A stretch of 64,000 nucleotides of DNA, from assembly GCA_964605775.1 (NCBI GenBank), contig CAZSDU010000001.1:282283-346282 (forward strand), read 5' to 3'. The notes beneath the pieces are model-generated. The model ran no database searches and was not told where the DNA came from. It worked only from the letters and a program-made list of their open reading frames with translations. The translations under genes and the position numbers were made by a program. This DNA comes from an uncultured Prolixibacteraceae bacterium. Its GTDB lineage: Bacteria; Bacteroidota; Bacteroidia; Bacteroidales; FEN-979. Below, piece by piece: positions 56,585-64,000 of the stretch (within the stretch, counting starts at the first letter, position 1; each line of letters begins with the position of its first letter).

Positions 56585-57678
56585 TTTTCTCCGTTTGCCA
56601 CTTCAGGCGATTCAGGGAACAATGGATTGGCATGGATTTCATCATATTCCTGCCGATGGGTAAAAATATCGCAAGCCATATACAGGGCATTTCGAAATGC
56701 TTCCGGAGAAGCTTCGTTTTTCCCGGCAAGGTCATAGGCAGTTCCATGGGCGGGAGAGGTCCTGACAATGGGCAGTCCGGCAGTAAAATTGACCCCTTCT
56801 TCAAACGATATGAGTTTAAAAGGCAGCATACCCTGGTCGTGATACATCGCCAGTATGCCATCAAAATGCAAAAAGTTCGCTGATCCGAAAAATCCGTCAG
56901 CAGGATAGGGGCCGAAAGCCAGGATGTTCTGGCGGTAAGCTTTCTCTATGGCCGGAAGGATGATCTTTTGATCTTCATCACCAATCAATCCTTCATCCCC
57001 TGCATGGGGGTTTAGCGCCAGAACGGCTATTTTCGGTTTGACAATACCAAAATCCCGGAGCAAGGAGCGGTGAAGGATTTGAATTTTCTGGAGCACAAGG
57101 GCTTCGGTTAAAGTTTCCTTAATCTTATGGATGGGAATATGTCCGGTGACCACTCCGATACGGAATTTATTATTGATCATCAGCATTAAATAATCATCGG
57201 TATGGAACTTTTTTGCCAGGTATTCGGTATGTCCCGGAAAAGTAAATGATTGGGATTGAATATTTTTCTTATTAATGGGGGCTGTAACCAGCACATCAAC
57301 CTGGTTTTTCTGAAGATCATCCGTGACGGCCTCCAGTGATAAAAACGCAAGGTCGCCGGCAATGGAAGTGGATTTCCCCAGATCTATCTTAACTTCTTCA
57401 TCATGAATATTGATAATATTGGGGCGGCGGGGATGAGCCAGGTCGGCTTTTTTTACCAGGTTAAAATTAAAATCATTGATGTTCAGCGTCTTTCTGTAAT
57501 AGGAAGCGACTTTAGAGCTGCCATAAACAATGATGGTGTAATTTTCCATCAAACGCTGGTCCTGCAAGGTTTTAATGATGATCTCATAGCTCACCCCATT
57601 CATATCACCGTGAGAGATTCCTACGCGTATTCTCTTTTCCTTTTCTATTGCTTGATCCATGTTGAATATTTTTTGCAA
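56581..57678 (-). CDS. pdxA: 4-hydroxythreonine-4-phosphate dehydrogenase
   Basis: 365 aa. LNPHAGDEG and SPAHGTAYDLAGKN blocks. ATGA overlap with MurF-Alr. The start may be the Met at 57660. Confidence 0.9.
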   Translation of the reverse strand: MQKIFNMDQAIEKEKRIRVGISHGDMNGVSYEIIIKTLQDQRLMENYTIIVYGSSKVASYYRKTLNINDFNFNLVKKADLAHPRRPNIINIHDEEVKIDLGKSTSIAGDLAFLSLEAVTDDLQKNQVDVLVTAPINKKNIQSQSFTFPGHTEYLAKKFHTDDYLMLMINNKFRIGVVTGHIPIHKIKETLTEALVLQKIQILHRSLLRDFGIVKPKIAVLALNPHAGDEGLIGDEDQKIILPAIEKAYRQNILAFGPYPADGFFGSANFLHFDGILAMYHDQGMLPFKLISFEEGVNFTAGLPIVRTSPAHGTAYDLAGKNEASPEAFRNALYMACDIFTHRQEYDEIHANPLFPESPEVANGEK

Positions 57679-59117
57679 AGGTAATCAAATAGCAGCCTAA
57701 CACCGTATCCTGTTCCGCCTTGTCCGCGGTAGGTATCTGTTTTTTCGAGAAAGGCAGGCCCCGCAATATCGAGGTGAATAAAAGGATAATCCGTAAATTT
57801 TTCCAGGAATTTTGCGGCAATGATTGATCCCGCTTCGGGTTTGCCCAGGTTTTTCACATCTGCAACCTCGGATTTCAGGCTTTCGGCATAGTCCTCCCAC
57901 ATTGGGAATTCAACAATTCGTTCATTTACCCTGAACCCGGAATTTTTAAGTTCCTCCATGTCTGCTTTGGCTTTGCACTGCATGCCAACGGCTGCTGAAT
58001 TTCCTATGGCACGAACCGCGGATCCCGTGAGTGTCGCCAGGTCTATTACCAGTTCAGGATGAAATTTTCGCGCATAACTCAGGGCATCGGCCAAGAGCAA
58101 GCGTCCTTCTGCATCGGTATCCACCACTTCCACATACATGCCATTGTGCATGCTGATCACATCACCTGAACATAGGGCCTGAGGACCGGGTTTGTTGTCG
58201 GTTGCAGGCATCAATCCGATCACATGGACGGGTAACTGGGCCATGGCCACAGCATAAATGCTTGCAGCGACGGCAGCGGCTCCCGACATATCATCCTTCA
58301 TGTTCAACATGGAGTTCCCGGTCTTTAAATTCATGCCTCCGGTGTCATAAACAACGCCTTTTCCGATCAGAACAATAGGTTTGTTATTCTTTGCTTCCGG
58401 CGGATTCCACTCCATGACTGTCAATGTGGGTGGTTCATGGCTCCCTTTATTCACCCCAAGAATGCCGCCCATCTGCAATGCTTCCAGCTTTTTCTTATTC
58501 AGCACTTCCACATTAGCTCCGCAGATCCCGGCCATAGCAGTGACTTCTTTGGCAAAAACAGTAGCCGTCAGGTAAGAATTCGGCTCATTGATGAGTGTTC
58601 TGCAACGGTACACGGCATCTGTCAGGATGTTTAGCTGTTGTATCTTGGATCTTGTATCGTTTATATCGAATTTTTCAGCCGTTCCAGAATATATTTCAAT
58701 CTCTCTGAGGGTATTTTTACTTTCCGGATCCTTTTTATATTTCAGAAACTGATAATTCCCCAATGACATTCCCTCTGCAAAAGCCATGACTTCCCTGGTT
58801 TTTTTTGCTGCATCGAAAATAACCACCTTTTGAATTTTTCTTTCATTCAGGCTTTTCCCGGTTTTTTCACCAGCCATGCGGCAACATTCCAGGCGGTCAT
58901 TGAATTCTTTTTCCAGTGGAAGGAAAAACAGGTATATCCAAGTATTCAGGTGGTTGATGATAACGGTTTCCTTTTTCTGCTCTTCTTTCTGGTGACGGAT
59001 AAATACTTTTTCAGCTTTATTAAAAATTCCGGCAGGCAGGCGGGAAAGCCCGGATACAATGATCACCAGGTTTTCGGTTTCCTGGGTTTTACTTGTTAAA
59101 GTTAAAATTGGCTGCAT
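57645..59117 (-). CDS. pepA: Leucyl aminopeptidase (M17)
   Basis: VVDTDAEGRLLLADAL and MKDDMSGAA blocks. Start taken at MQPILTL (59117), giving about 490 aa. The longer track start at 59243 would run deep into the divergent gene. Confidence 0.88.
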   Translation of the reverse strand: MQPILTLTSKTQETENLVIIVSGLSRLPAGIFNKAEKVFIRHQKEEQKKETVIINHLNTWIYLFFLPLEKEFNDRLECCRMAGEKTGKSLNERKIQKVVIFDAAKKTREVMAFAEGMSLGNYQFLKYKKDPESKNTLREIEIYSGTAEKFDINDTRSKIQQLNILTDAVYRCRTLINEPNSYLTATVFAKEVTAMAGICGANVEVLNKKKLEALQMGGILGVNKGSHEPPTLTVMEWNPPEAKNNKPIVLIGKGVVYDTGGMNLKTGNSMLNMKDDMSGAAAVAASIYAVAMAQLPVHVIGLMPATDNKPGPQALCSGDVISMHNGMYVEVVDTDAEGRLLLADALSYARKFHPELVIDLATLTGSAVRAIGNSAAVGMQCKAKADMEELKNSGFRVNERIVEFPMWEDYAESLKSEVADVKNLGKPEAGSIIAAKFLEKFTDYPFIHLDIAGPAFLEKTDTYRGQGGTGYGVRLLFDYLCKKYSTWIKQ

Positions 59118-60252
59118 GGATTTTCTTACTTTTGAAACTTCTTTGGAACACAAATTTAGGAAAATTACGGAGAAGCTCATTAAAAAGGCAATGAACGGCG
59201 ACTTCCTGTCAATGGAAGAAGGGAAATCCATGTTGGAAAACATGTCTTTGCCGTCCCTGATGTTTCTGGGCCATGAGATCCGTAAAAGAATTCATCCCGA
59301 TAAGCTTGTGACCTGGATCATTGACCGGAATATCAACATCACCAATGCCTGTATTTCCGGCTGTAAATTTTGCAACTTCTTTCAGGCTGCCGGCAGTCCC
59401 AGGTGTTATATCACTACGCTGGAAGAATATATCCATAAAATTGACGAGATGTACCTTCTCGGGGGGCGGCAATTGCTGCTTCAGGGGGGGATGCATCCTC
59501 ATCTGGGGTTAAGCTTTTATCAGGAATTGTTTTCTGAGCTGAAGAAACATTATCCTGACCTGCGGCTGCATGCACTAGGACCTCCCGAGATCGTGCATCT
59601 TGCAACATTAGAAAAAAAAACCTATAGGGAAATCCTTCAATACTTGGTGGATGCAGGAATGGATAGTTTGCCGGGAGCTGGCGCCGAAATCTTGTCCGAC
59701 AGGGTCAGGAAAATACTATCACCGGCTAAATGTAACGCGAGTCAGTGGCTGGAGGTGATGAAGACCGCTCATCAAATGAATCTGACGACTTCTGCAACCA
59801 TGATGTTCGGGCATATTGAAACCCTGGATGAAAGGTTGCAGCACCTGGTTTCCCTGAGGGAACTTCAAGACAGCAAACCCATAGGTCACAAAGGATTTCT
59901 TTCGTTTATCCCCTGGCCTTTCCAAGACAAGGGGACGATACTAAAAGAAAAATTCAAGGTGGAAAACAAAGTAACCGCTCATGAATATATCCGTATGATC
60001 GCTATTTCACGCATCATGCTTCCAAATATCTCCAACATTCAGGCTTCCTGGCTGACCGTTGGAAAAGAAACTGCTCAGCTTTGCCTTTATGCTGGTGCCA
60101 ATGATTTTGGAAGTATCATGATGGAAGAGAATGTGGTTTCCGTAGCGGGAGCAAACAATTCTTTTAACGTCGCGGGCATTCAGCAGGCCATCAACGAAGC
60201 AGGTTTTGATCCCCGTTTAAGGAACCAGGATTTTGAGTTACTGCCTATTTGA
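59116..60252 (+). CDS. MqnC/MqnE (CofH-like) family radical SAM enzyme, futalosine-pathway type
   Basis: CISGCKFC cluster motif preceded by DRNINITNAC. Helix KITEKLIKKAMNGDFLSMEEG as in Mqn N-termini. I cannot separate MqnC from MqnE by eye. An alternative start is at 59191. Confidence 0.78.
   Translation: MDFLTFETSLEHKFRKITEKLIKKAMNGDFLSMEEGKSMLENMSLPSLMFLGHEIRKRIHPDKLVTWIIDRNINITNACISGCKFCNFFQAAGSPRCYITTLEEYIHKIDEMYLLGGRQLLLQGGMHPHLGLSFYQELFSELKKHYPDLRLHALGPPEIVHLATLEKKTYREILQYLVDAGMDSLPGAGAEILSDRVRKILSPAKCNASQWLEVMKTAHQMNLTTSATMMFGHIETLDERLQHLVSLRELQDSKPIGHKGFLSFIPWPFQDKGTILKEKFKVENKVTAHEYIRMIAISRIMLPNISNIQASWLTVGKETAQLCLYAGANDFGSIMMEENVVSVAGANNSFNVAGIQQAINEAGFDPRLRNQDFELLPI
59151..59158 (-). 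promoter_or_regulatory. Candidate -7 box TAAATTTG for pepA, located inside the divergent mqn coding region
   Basis: TAnnTTTG match on the minus strand, 33 nt upstream of the pepA ATG at 59117. Confidence 0.35.
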
Positions 60253-60877
60253 GTAATCCGTTCTTCTGCCAGTCGGCATAGATCTGTGAAGCAATCCTGT
60301 AACTGACCTCGTCAAGATAGTTTGGGTCATCAACAGAGATATCGGCTGTCCAGAGCAAAGCATTGTTTGAATTATCGTAAAGATTGGCCCTGAGGTTCAC
60401 CGTGGAGGTGGTAACCCAGTAACCGCCTGTGGTTACAACATTTCCGCCATATCCATAAATGGGATATCCCCAATTATAGTAATTATAATAATTGTAATAA
60501 TAATCGGGGTAAACCGTCGTGGAGGGAGGGATATAACTCTGGGATTTTTCCGTACCCTTATAGGTCACGATAAGAATACCGTCCACCCCAAGGCTATCAA
60601 ATTTTTTCTCAATGTCAATCAACTCATATTTCACCGTGGGAGACAGGAATTCAAGGGACTCCATGGCTTTAAAGCCTTTGCTGGCAAAATAATTTGCGGT
60701 ATGCTGTTCAAAAGGTTTCTGGTACTCCAGTTTGTCAAACATGGCCCAGACGACCACATTACCGATTTTTTTATGCTCTTTGGGGTTGGTCCAGGAAGTC
60801 AGGGTAACCGGATTACAGGATGTAAAAAGTAAGGCAGTCAAGAGTCCAAGTAAAAATAAAAAATTGATTTTTTTCAT
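60245..60877 (-). CDS. Lipoprotein (DUF4136-like look) with Tyr/Asn-rich tract
   Basis: 210 aa. Lipobox LFTSC. Internal YPDYYYNYYNYYNWGYPIYGYGGN tract. The 3' end overlaps the mqn 3' end by 8 nt. Confidence 0.6.
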   Translation of the reverse strand: MKKINFLFLLGLLTALLFTSCNPVTLTSWTNPKEHKKIGNVVVWAMFDKLEYQKPFEQHTANYFASKGFKAMESLEFLSPTVKYELIDIEKKFDSLGVDGILIVTYKGTEKSQSYIPPSTTVYPDYYYNYYNYYNWGYPIYGYGGNVVTTGGYWVTTSTVNLRANLYDNSNNALLWTADISVDDPNYLDEVSYRIASQIYADWQKNGLLK

Positions 60878-60951
60878 AAAGCGGGTTTTAGGATTTGGTT
60901 TCGTTGATCAAAGATACGAAAACAGCATAAAAAAAGACTAATTTTCCTTTC

Positions 60952-61650
60952 TTAATCGATATTTTTTTGCCAGACCAATCTGCGGGATCCAAGTTCCAGT
61001 GCAATCAGGTTGCCCAGAAGAGGGATGTTTTTATATACACAACCTGCATCCAGGTTGATGATTCTGACCGATGGGTTTTCCACGTTTTTACTGATGGCAT
61101 TCAGGGAAGCGGGAGTATGGCCATGAACCAGAATATTTCCTTTGAGAAAATGTTCCGGATACTTTTCAATGCGTCCCCAGATCATGGAGTTAGTATCATC
61201 AATAGGATTTGCCGCATTGCCTTCAAAACAACCATGACATAGAAAAAACCCGGGGATTTCCTCATATATCTTCAATCCTGTGATAAAATCCATATAGGCC
61301 TGAGGTATTTTCGAAATGGTCGATTGATCAGGGAGGCCATCATAAATCAGATGAAAATCACGAAGGGTGGTTATTCCGCTGTTGAGCATCCAGAGTTGAA
61401 AAAACGCTGTGTCCTCCCGGGCATGCATCAGCATGTATTCATGATTCCCCATCAGGGGAATCACCTGAAAGCTTGCTTTTTCCTTCAGGGTGAAAATATA
61501 ATCAAGCACAGCCCTGCTGTCCATCCCGCGATCGATGTAATCGCCCAGCAGGTAAAGGCAGTCGTTTTCCTGAAGCTCAAGTTTTTCAACTAGTGCGCGA
61601 AAGGTATGGATACACCCGTGGATATCGCCAATAACCCATCGATTAAGCAT
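60952..61650 (-). CDS. Metallophosphoesterase (PPP-family Ser/Thr phosphatase / ApaH-like)
   Basis: 232 aa with GDIHGC, GDYIDRG, GNHE and VHGH motifs. Confidence 0.87.
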   Translation of the reverse strand: MLNRWVIGDIHGCIHTFRALVEKLELQENDCLYLLGDYIDRGMDSRAVLDYIFTLKEKASFQVIPLMGNHEYMLMHAREDTAFFQLWMLNSGITTLRDFHLIYDGLPDQSTISKIPQAYMDFITGLKIYEEIPGFFLCHGCFEGNAANPIDDTNSMIWGRIEKYPEHFLKGNILVHGHTPASLNAISKNVENPSVRIINLDAGCVYKNIPLLGNLIALELGSRRLVWQKNID

Positions 61651-62893
61651 GTTGCTGTATAAAAGTCATGATTTTATCCGTCGCTCCCCTGTTCTCTTCC
61701 ACATATTGAAGACAGATGGACGAAACCTGATGGTAGCGGTTGGGATCTGCAAGAAGTTCCCTGATGGTTTGAATGAGGATCTGGGGTTCCTGAATACAAT
61801 ATGCCCCGCCCAGCCCGACCAGTTCCACTGCTTCCCTGAATTTATGATAATTAGGTCCGAAAAATACCGGCACCCCAAAGGTAACCGGCTCCTGGATGTT
61901 ATGGATACCGATTCCGAAGCCGCCACCGATAAAAGCAAAAGAAGCATACTGATAAAGCTGGTTCAGCATGCCGACATTGTCAATGATCAGAATATCGGCA
62001 GAGGCAGCATTTTCCTCATTGAGGTCAGAATACTTGAACACTTTTTTCCCGAGAAAAGAAAGTGAAACGGCATTCACCCTTCCAGTACCGGTATCATGAG
62101 GGGCAATGATGAATTTCATCCCTTGAATACCTGCCTCGACCAGGGGCAGGATAACCGCTTCATCCTCTTTCCAGGTACTGCCACCCAAAAACACCTTTCC
62201 TTCCCCGCAAAATTTCCGGATAAGCGGAAATTCCTTTTTCACCCTGGCAATGGCATAAACCCTGTCGAAGCGGGTATCGCCGGCAACACTTGCATGGTTA
62301 ATACCGATAGAAAACAACAATTGAAGGGAGGATTCATTCTGGACAAAAAACCAGGTCACCCATGACAACTGCCTGCGAAACCATTCAGCATACCATTTAA
62401 AAAAATACTGATCACGGCGGAATACTGCAGAGATAAAGAAAACCGGTATTTTTTCCTGATGGAGTTTAAAAAGATAGTTGAACCAAAAATCATATTTGAT
62501 AAAAAAAACCATGGATGGTCTGACCGCCTCTATCAGAAATTTTGCATTTGTAGCAGTATCAAGGGGAAGATAGAAAACAAGATCGGCATAGTCATAATTT
62601 TTTCTGATCTCATATCCAGAAGGGGAAAAAAAGGTCAGGAAAATTTTTCTTTCCGGATGAATTTCCTTCAAGGCTTCTATCAGCGGTCTTCCCTGTTCAA
62701 ATTCTCCCAATGAAGAAACATGGAACCAGATAATCGGTTTACGCTGAAGATTGTTTTCTTCCAATGCACGGATAAGCTTTTCTTTCCATTGCTTACGGCC
62801 CCTCACCCATAAACTTGCTTTTGCATTAAACAATGCAGCTATCCGCAGTAAAATTCCGTAAAAACAAATAACTGCTGAATAAACTATTCGCAT
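61643..62893 (-). CDS. waaA: 3-deoxy-D-manno-octulosonic acid (Kdo) transferase
   Basis: WFHVSSLGEFEQGRPLIEAL block and GT-B C-terminal GGSF/GGHN-like region (GGGFGIGIHNIQEP). Start chosen at MRIVYS (62893), 17 nt after the upstream stop. Confidence 0.88.
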   Translation of the reverse strand: MRIVYSAVICFYGILLRIAALFNAKASLWVRGRKQWKEKLIRALEENNLQRKPIIWFHVSSLGEFEQGRPLIEALKEIHPERKIFLTFFSPSGYEIRKNYDYADLVFYLPLDTATNAKFLIEAVRPSMVFFIKYDFWFNYLFKLHQEKIPVFFISAVFRRDQYFFKWYAEWFRRQLSWVTWFFVQNESSLQLLFSIGINHASVAGDTRFDRVYAIARVKKEFPLIRKFCGEGKVFLGGSTWKEDEAVILPLVEAGIQGMKFIIAPHDTGTGRVNAVSLSFLGKKVFKYSDLNEENAASADILIIDNVGMLNQLYQYASFAFIGGGFGIGIHNIQEPVTFGVPVFFGPNYHKFREAVELVGLGGAYCIQEPQILIQTIRELLADPNRYHQVSSICLQYVEENRGATDKIMTFIQQHA

Positions 62894-62910
62894 GGGTTTC
62901 AGCGCTGGGG

Positions 62911-63672
62911 TTAATATACATAATATTCCTTGGGTGTTCTTTGAAATAGCGGAATCATCCAGCACACTTTGAGGCCATAAAACTGACTGCTGTACTTTGT
63001 ATTATCCGCTTTTTCGGTGTCAAAATTATATACCCTCATGCTTTTTGTCCAGGCCTGAATAAATTCAAAACCCACATAAAAATTAAGCAGGCGGGTATTC
63101 CCAAGGTAAAGGTAGCCGAGAGAAGCCGTGAGGGAAATGCCTCCGTTGAGGCGGTCGTATCCTTTTTTATAATCCCCCAGTAACTGGGGAGCAGTGTTAC
63201 CCGGATTATGGATACGGATTTTGTTTTGGAGGTAACCGCCGCCAAGCATGATCAGAAATCCCGAATTCGGGTTGGGGGAAAGCAGGGGAATAAGTTTCCC
63301 GAATTTGGCGTAAAAACTGAAACCCCGCTCATAAAACACAATATCCGCTATCATTCCGTTGGCGTCAATGACAAACCCATCCTTATTGGTGATACTCATC
63401 AGCAGGGAATCTGAGTTCTTTATCGATTGCCCAAAAAGAAAATTCCCTTCTGCTCCGATCAGCCAGTTTGATTTTGTTTTATATAAAAAGCCGCCGCCAA
63501 TACTTGAATTTGAGCCGAAACGTTTGGCCAAATCCCCTCCCGGAAACTGATAGGAATAAGTGGCGTAAACCAGGGAGGTTCCGATGGCAGAATCACGGAT
63601 GCTCACCTGAGCTGACAGTTCATCAAAAAAAATAAAGATGAAAAATAAGAAAATTGCAAACTTTCGGTACAT
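62911..63672 (-). CDS. Putative outer-membrane beta-barrel protein
   Basis: 253 aa with a signal peptide (..ELSAQ), Gly/aromatic-rich alternating strands and a C-terminal Tyr. Confidence 0.5.
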   Translation of the reverse strand: MYRKFAIFLFFIFIFFDELSAQVSIRDSAIGTSLVYATYSYQFPGGDLAKRFGSNSSIGGGFLYKTKSNWLIGAEGNFLFGQSIKNSDSLLMSITNKDGFVIDANGMIADIVFYERGFSFYAKFGKLIPLLSPNPNSGFLIMLGGGYLQNKIRIHNPGNTAPQLLGDYKKGYDRLNGGISLTASLGYLYLGNTRLLNFYVGFEFIQAWTKSMRVYNFDTEKADNTKYSSQFYGLKVCWMIPLFQRTPKEYYVY

Positions 63673-63681
63673 AATGCAGAT

Positions 63682-64000
63682 TTAAAACCTGAAAATAACA
63701 CCCAGGGATGGATTCAAGGTCATGACCACTTTTTTGATGGAATATTCAATCGGAGCAGAATAGATGGGTATTTCATATTTTATCCCTGTCACCGGATCAA
63801 TATATTCTTCATAACCGATAAGCCTGGATCCGAATTGCTTTTTTAAACCCGGCCATCCTCCCAGAATTCCCAGATTTAGTTTTAACGTAAAATGATTTGA
63901 AATCGTGTATCCGAGTCCTACAGAAAATTGATAGGCGAAACCTGTTCCTATTCCATGCACATTCTGGTAATTTATGGAATCTATGATCTCCGTGAGGTTA
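63682..64000 (-). CDS. Outer-membrane beta-barrel protein, 5'-truncated by the window edge
   Basis: The frame stays open from 63960 to position 64000. C-terminal strand pattern ends ...GVIFRF. Confidence 0.5.
   Translation of the reverse strand, partial: NLTEIIDSINYQNVHGIGTGFAYQFSVGLGYTISNHFTLKLNLGILGGWPGLKKQFGSRLIGYEEYIDPVTGIKYEIPIYSAPIEYSIKKVVMTLNPSLGVIFRF

Noticed and set aside
1-64000. CRISPR arrays, rRNA operons, prophage or conjugative modules, toxin-antitoxin pairs.
   Set aside because: By eye I found no regularly spaced short repeats, no rRNA-like segments, no integrase, terminase, capsid or relaxase-like translations, and no small adjacent gene pairs of TA type. Intergenic space is too limited to hide an array.

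Overview
This 64-kb chromosomal segment looks like a Bacteroidota genome, probably an anaerobic Bacteroidia-like organism. Supporting features are gldH, a T9SS C-terminal sorting domain, a Bacteroides-type frdCAB operon, a MurF-Alr fusion, recurring TAnnTTTG -7 promoter boxes and a near absence of Shine-Dalgarno sequences. I count about 55 protein genes and one tRNA-Lys(CUU). Packing is tight: most gaps are under 100 bp and there are many ATGA stop/start overlaps. Positions 1-38 kb are mostly housekeeping: fba, two tandem-USP genes around a SPOR gene, ruvB, queG, ubiX, an OmpR/HK pair, a polyprenyl synthase, class II RNR nrdJ, meaB, a GS-family gene, hsp20, gmk, nadD, pepP, frdCAB, holB, a PSP1 gene, gldH and PBP1A. 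The most unusual part is an 11-gene, 20.6-kb co-directional block on the minus strand (38548-59117). It runs pepA, pdxA, MurF-Alr, a polyprenyl-phosphate-type GT2, an MBOAT flanked by two paralogous AlgJ/AlgX-like genes, a 1473-aa T9SS papain-like multidomain protein, a membrane-anchored FG-GAP protein, a GH16-like lipoprotein and an LtaS-like transferase. I flag this block as a candidate undescribed surface-glycopolymer modification or cargo-anchoring system. Other points worth a second look: a terC-cheR-cheB operon with no other chemotaxis genes; an AAA+/PD-(D/E)xK ATPase next to the tRNA with phased 22-bp direct repeats in its promoter; a single IS200-like HUH gene whose start codon sits in an 8-bp hairpin; a 520-bp non-coding gap upstream of nrdJ; and an hsp20 leader with an atypically strong SD. 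I saw no CRISPR array, rRNA, integrase or prophage. All functional calls come from reading motifs by eye in the supplied ORF translations. No database search, HMM or folding computation was run.
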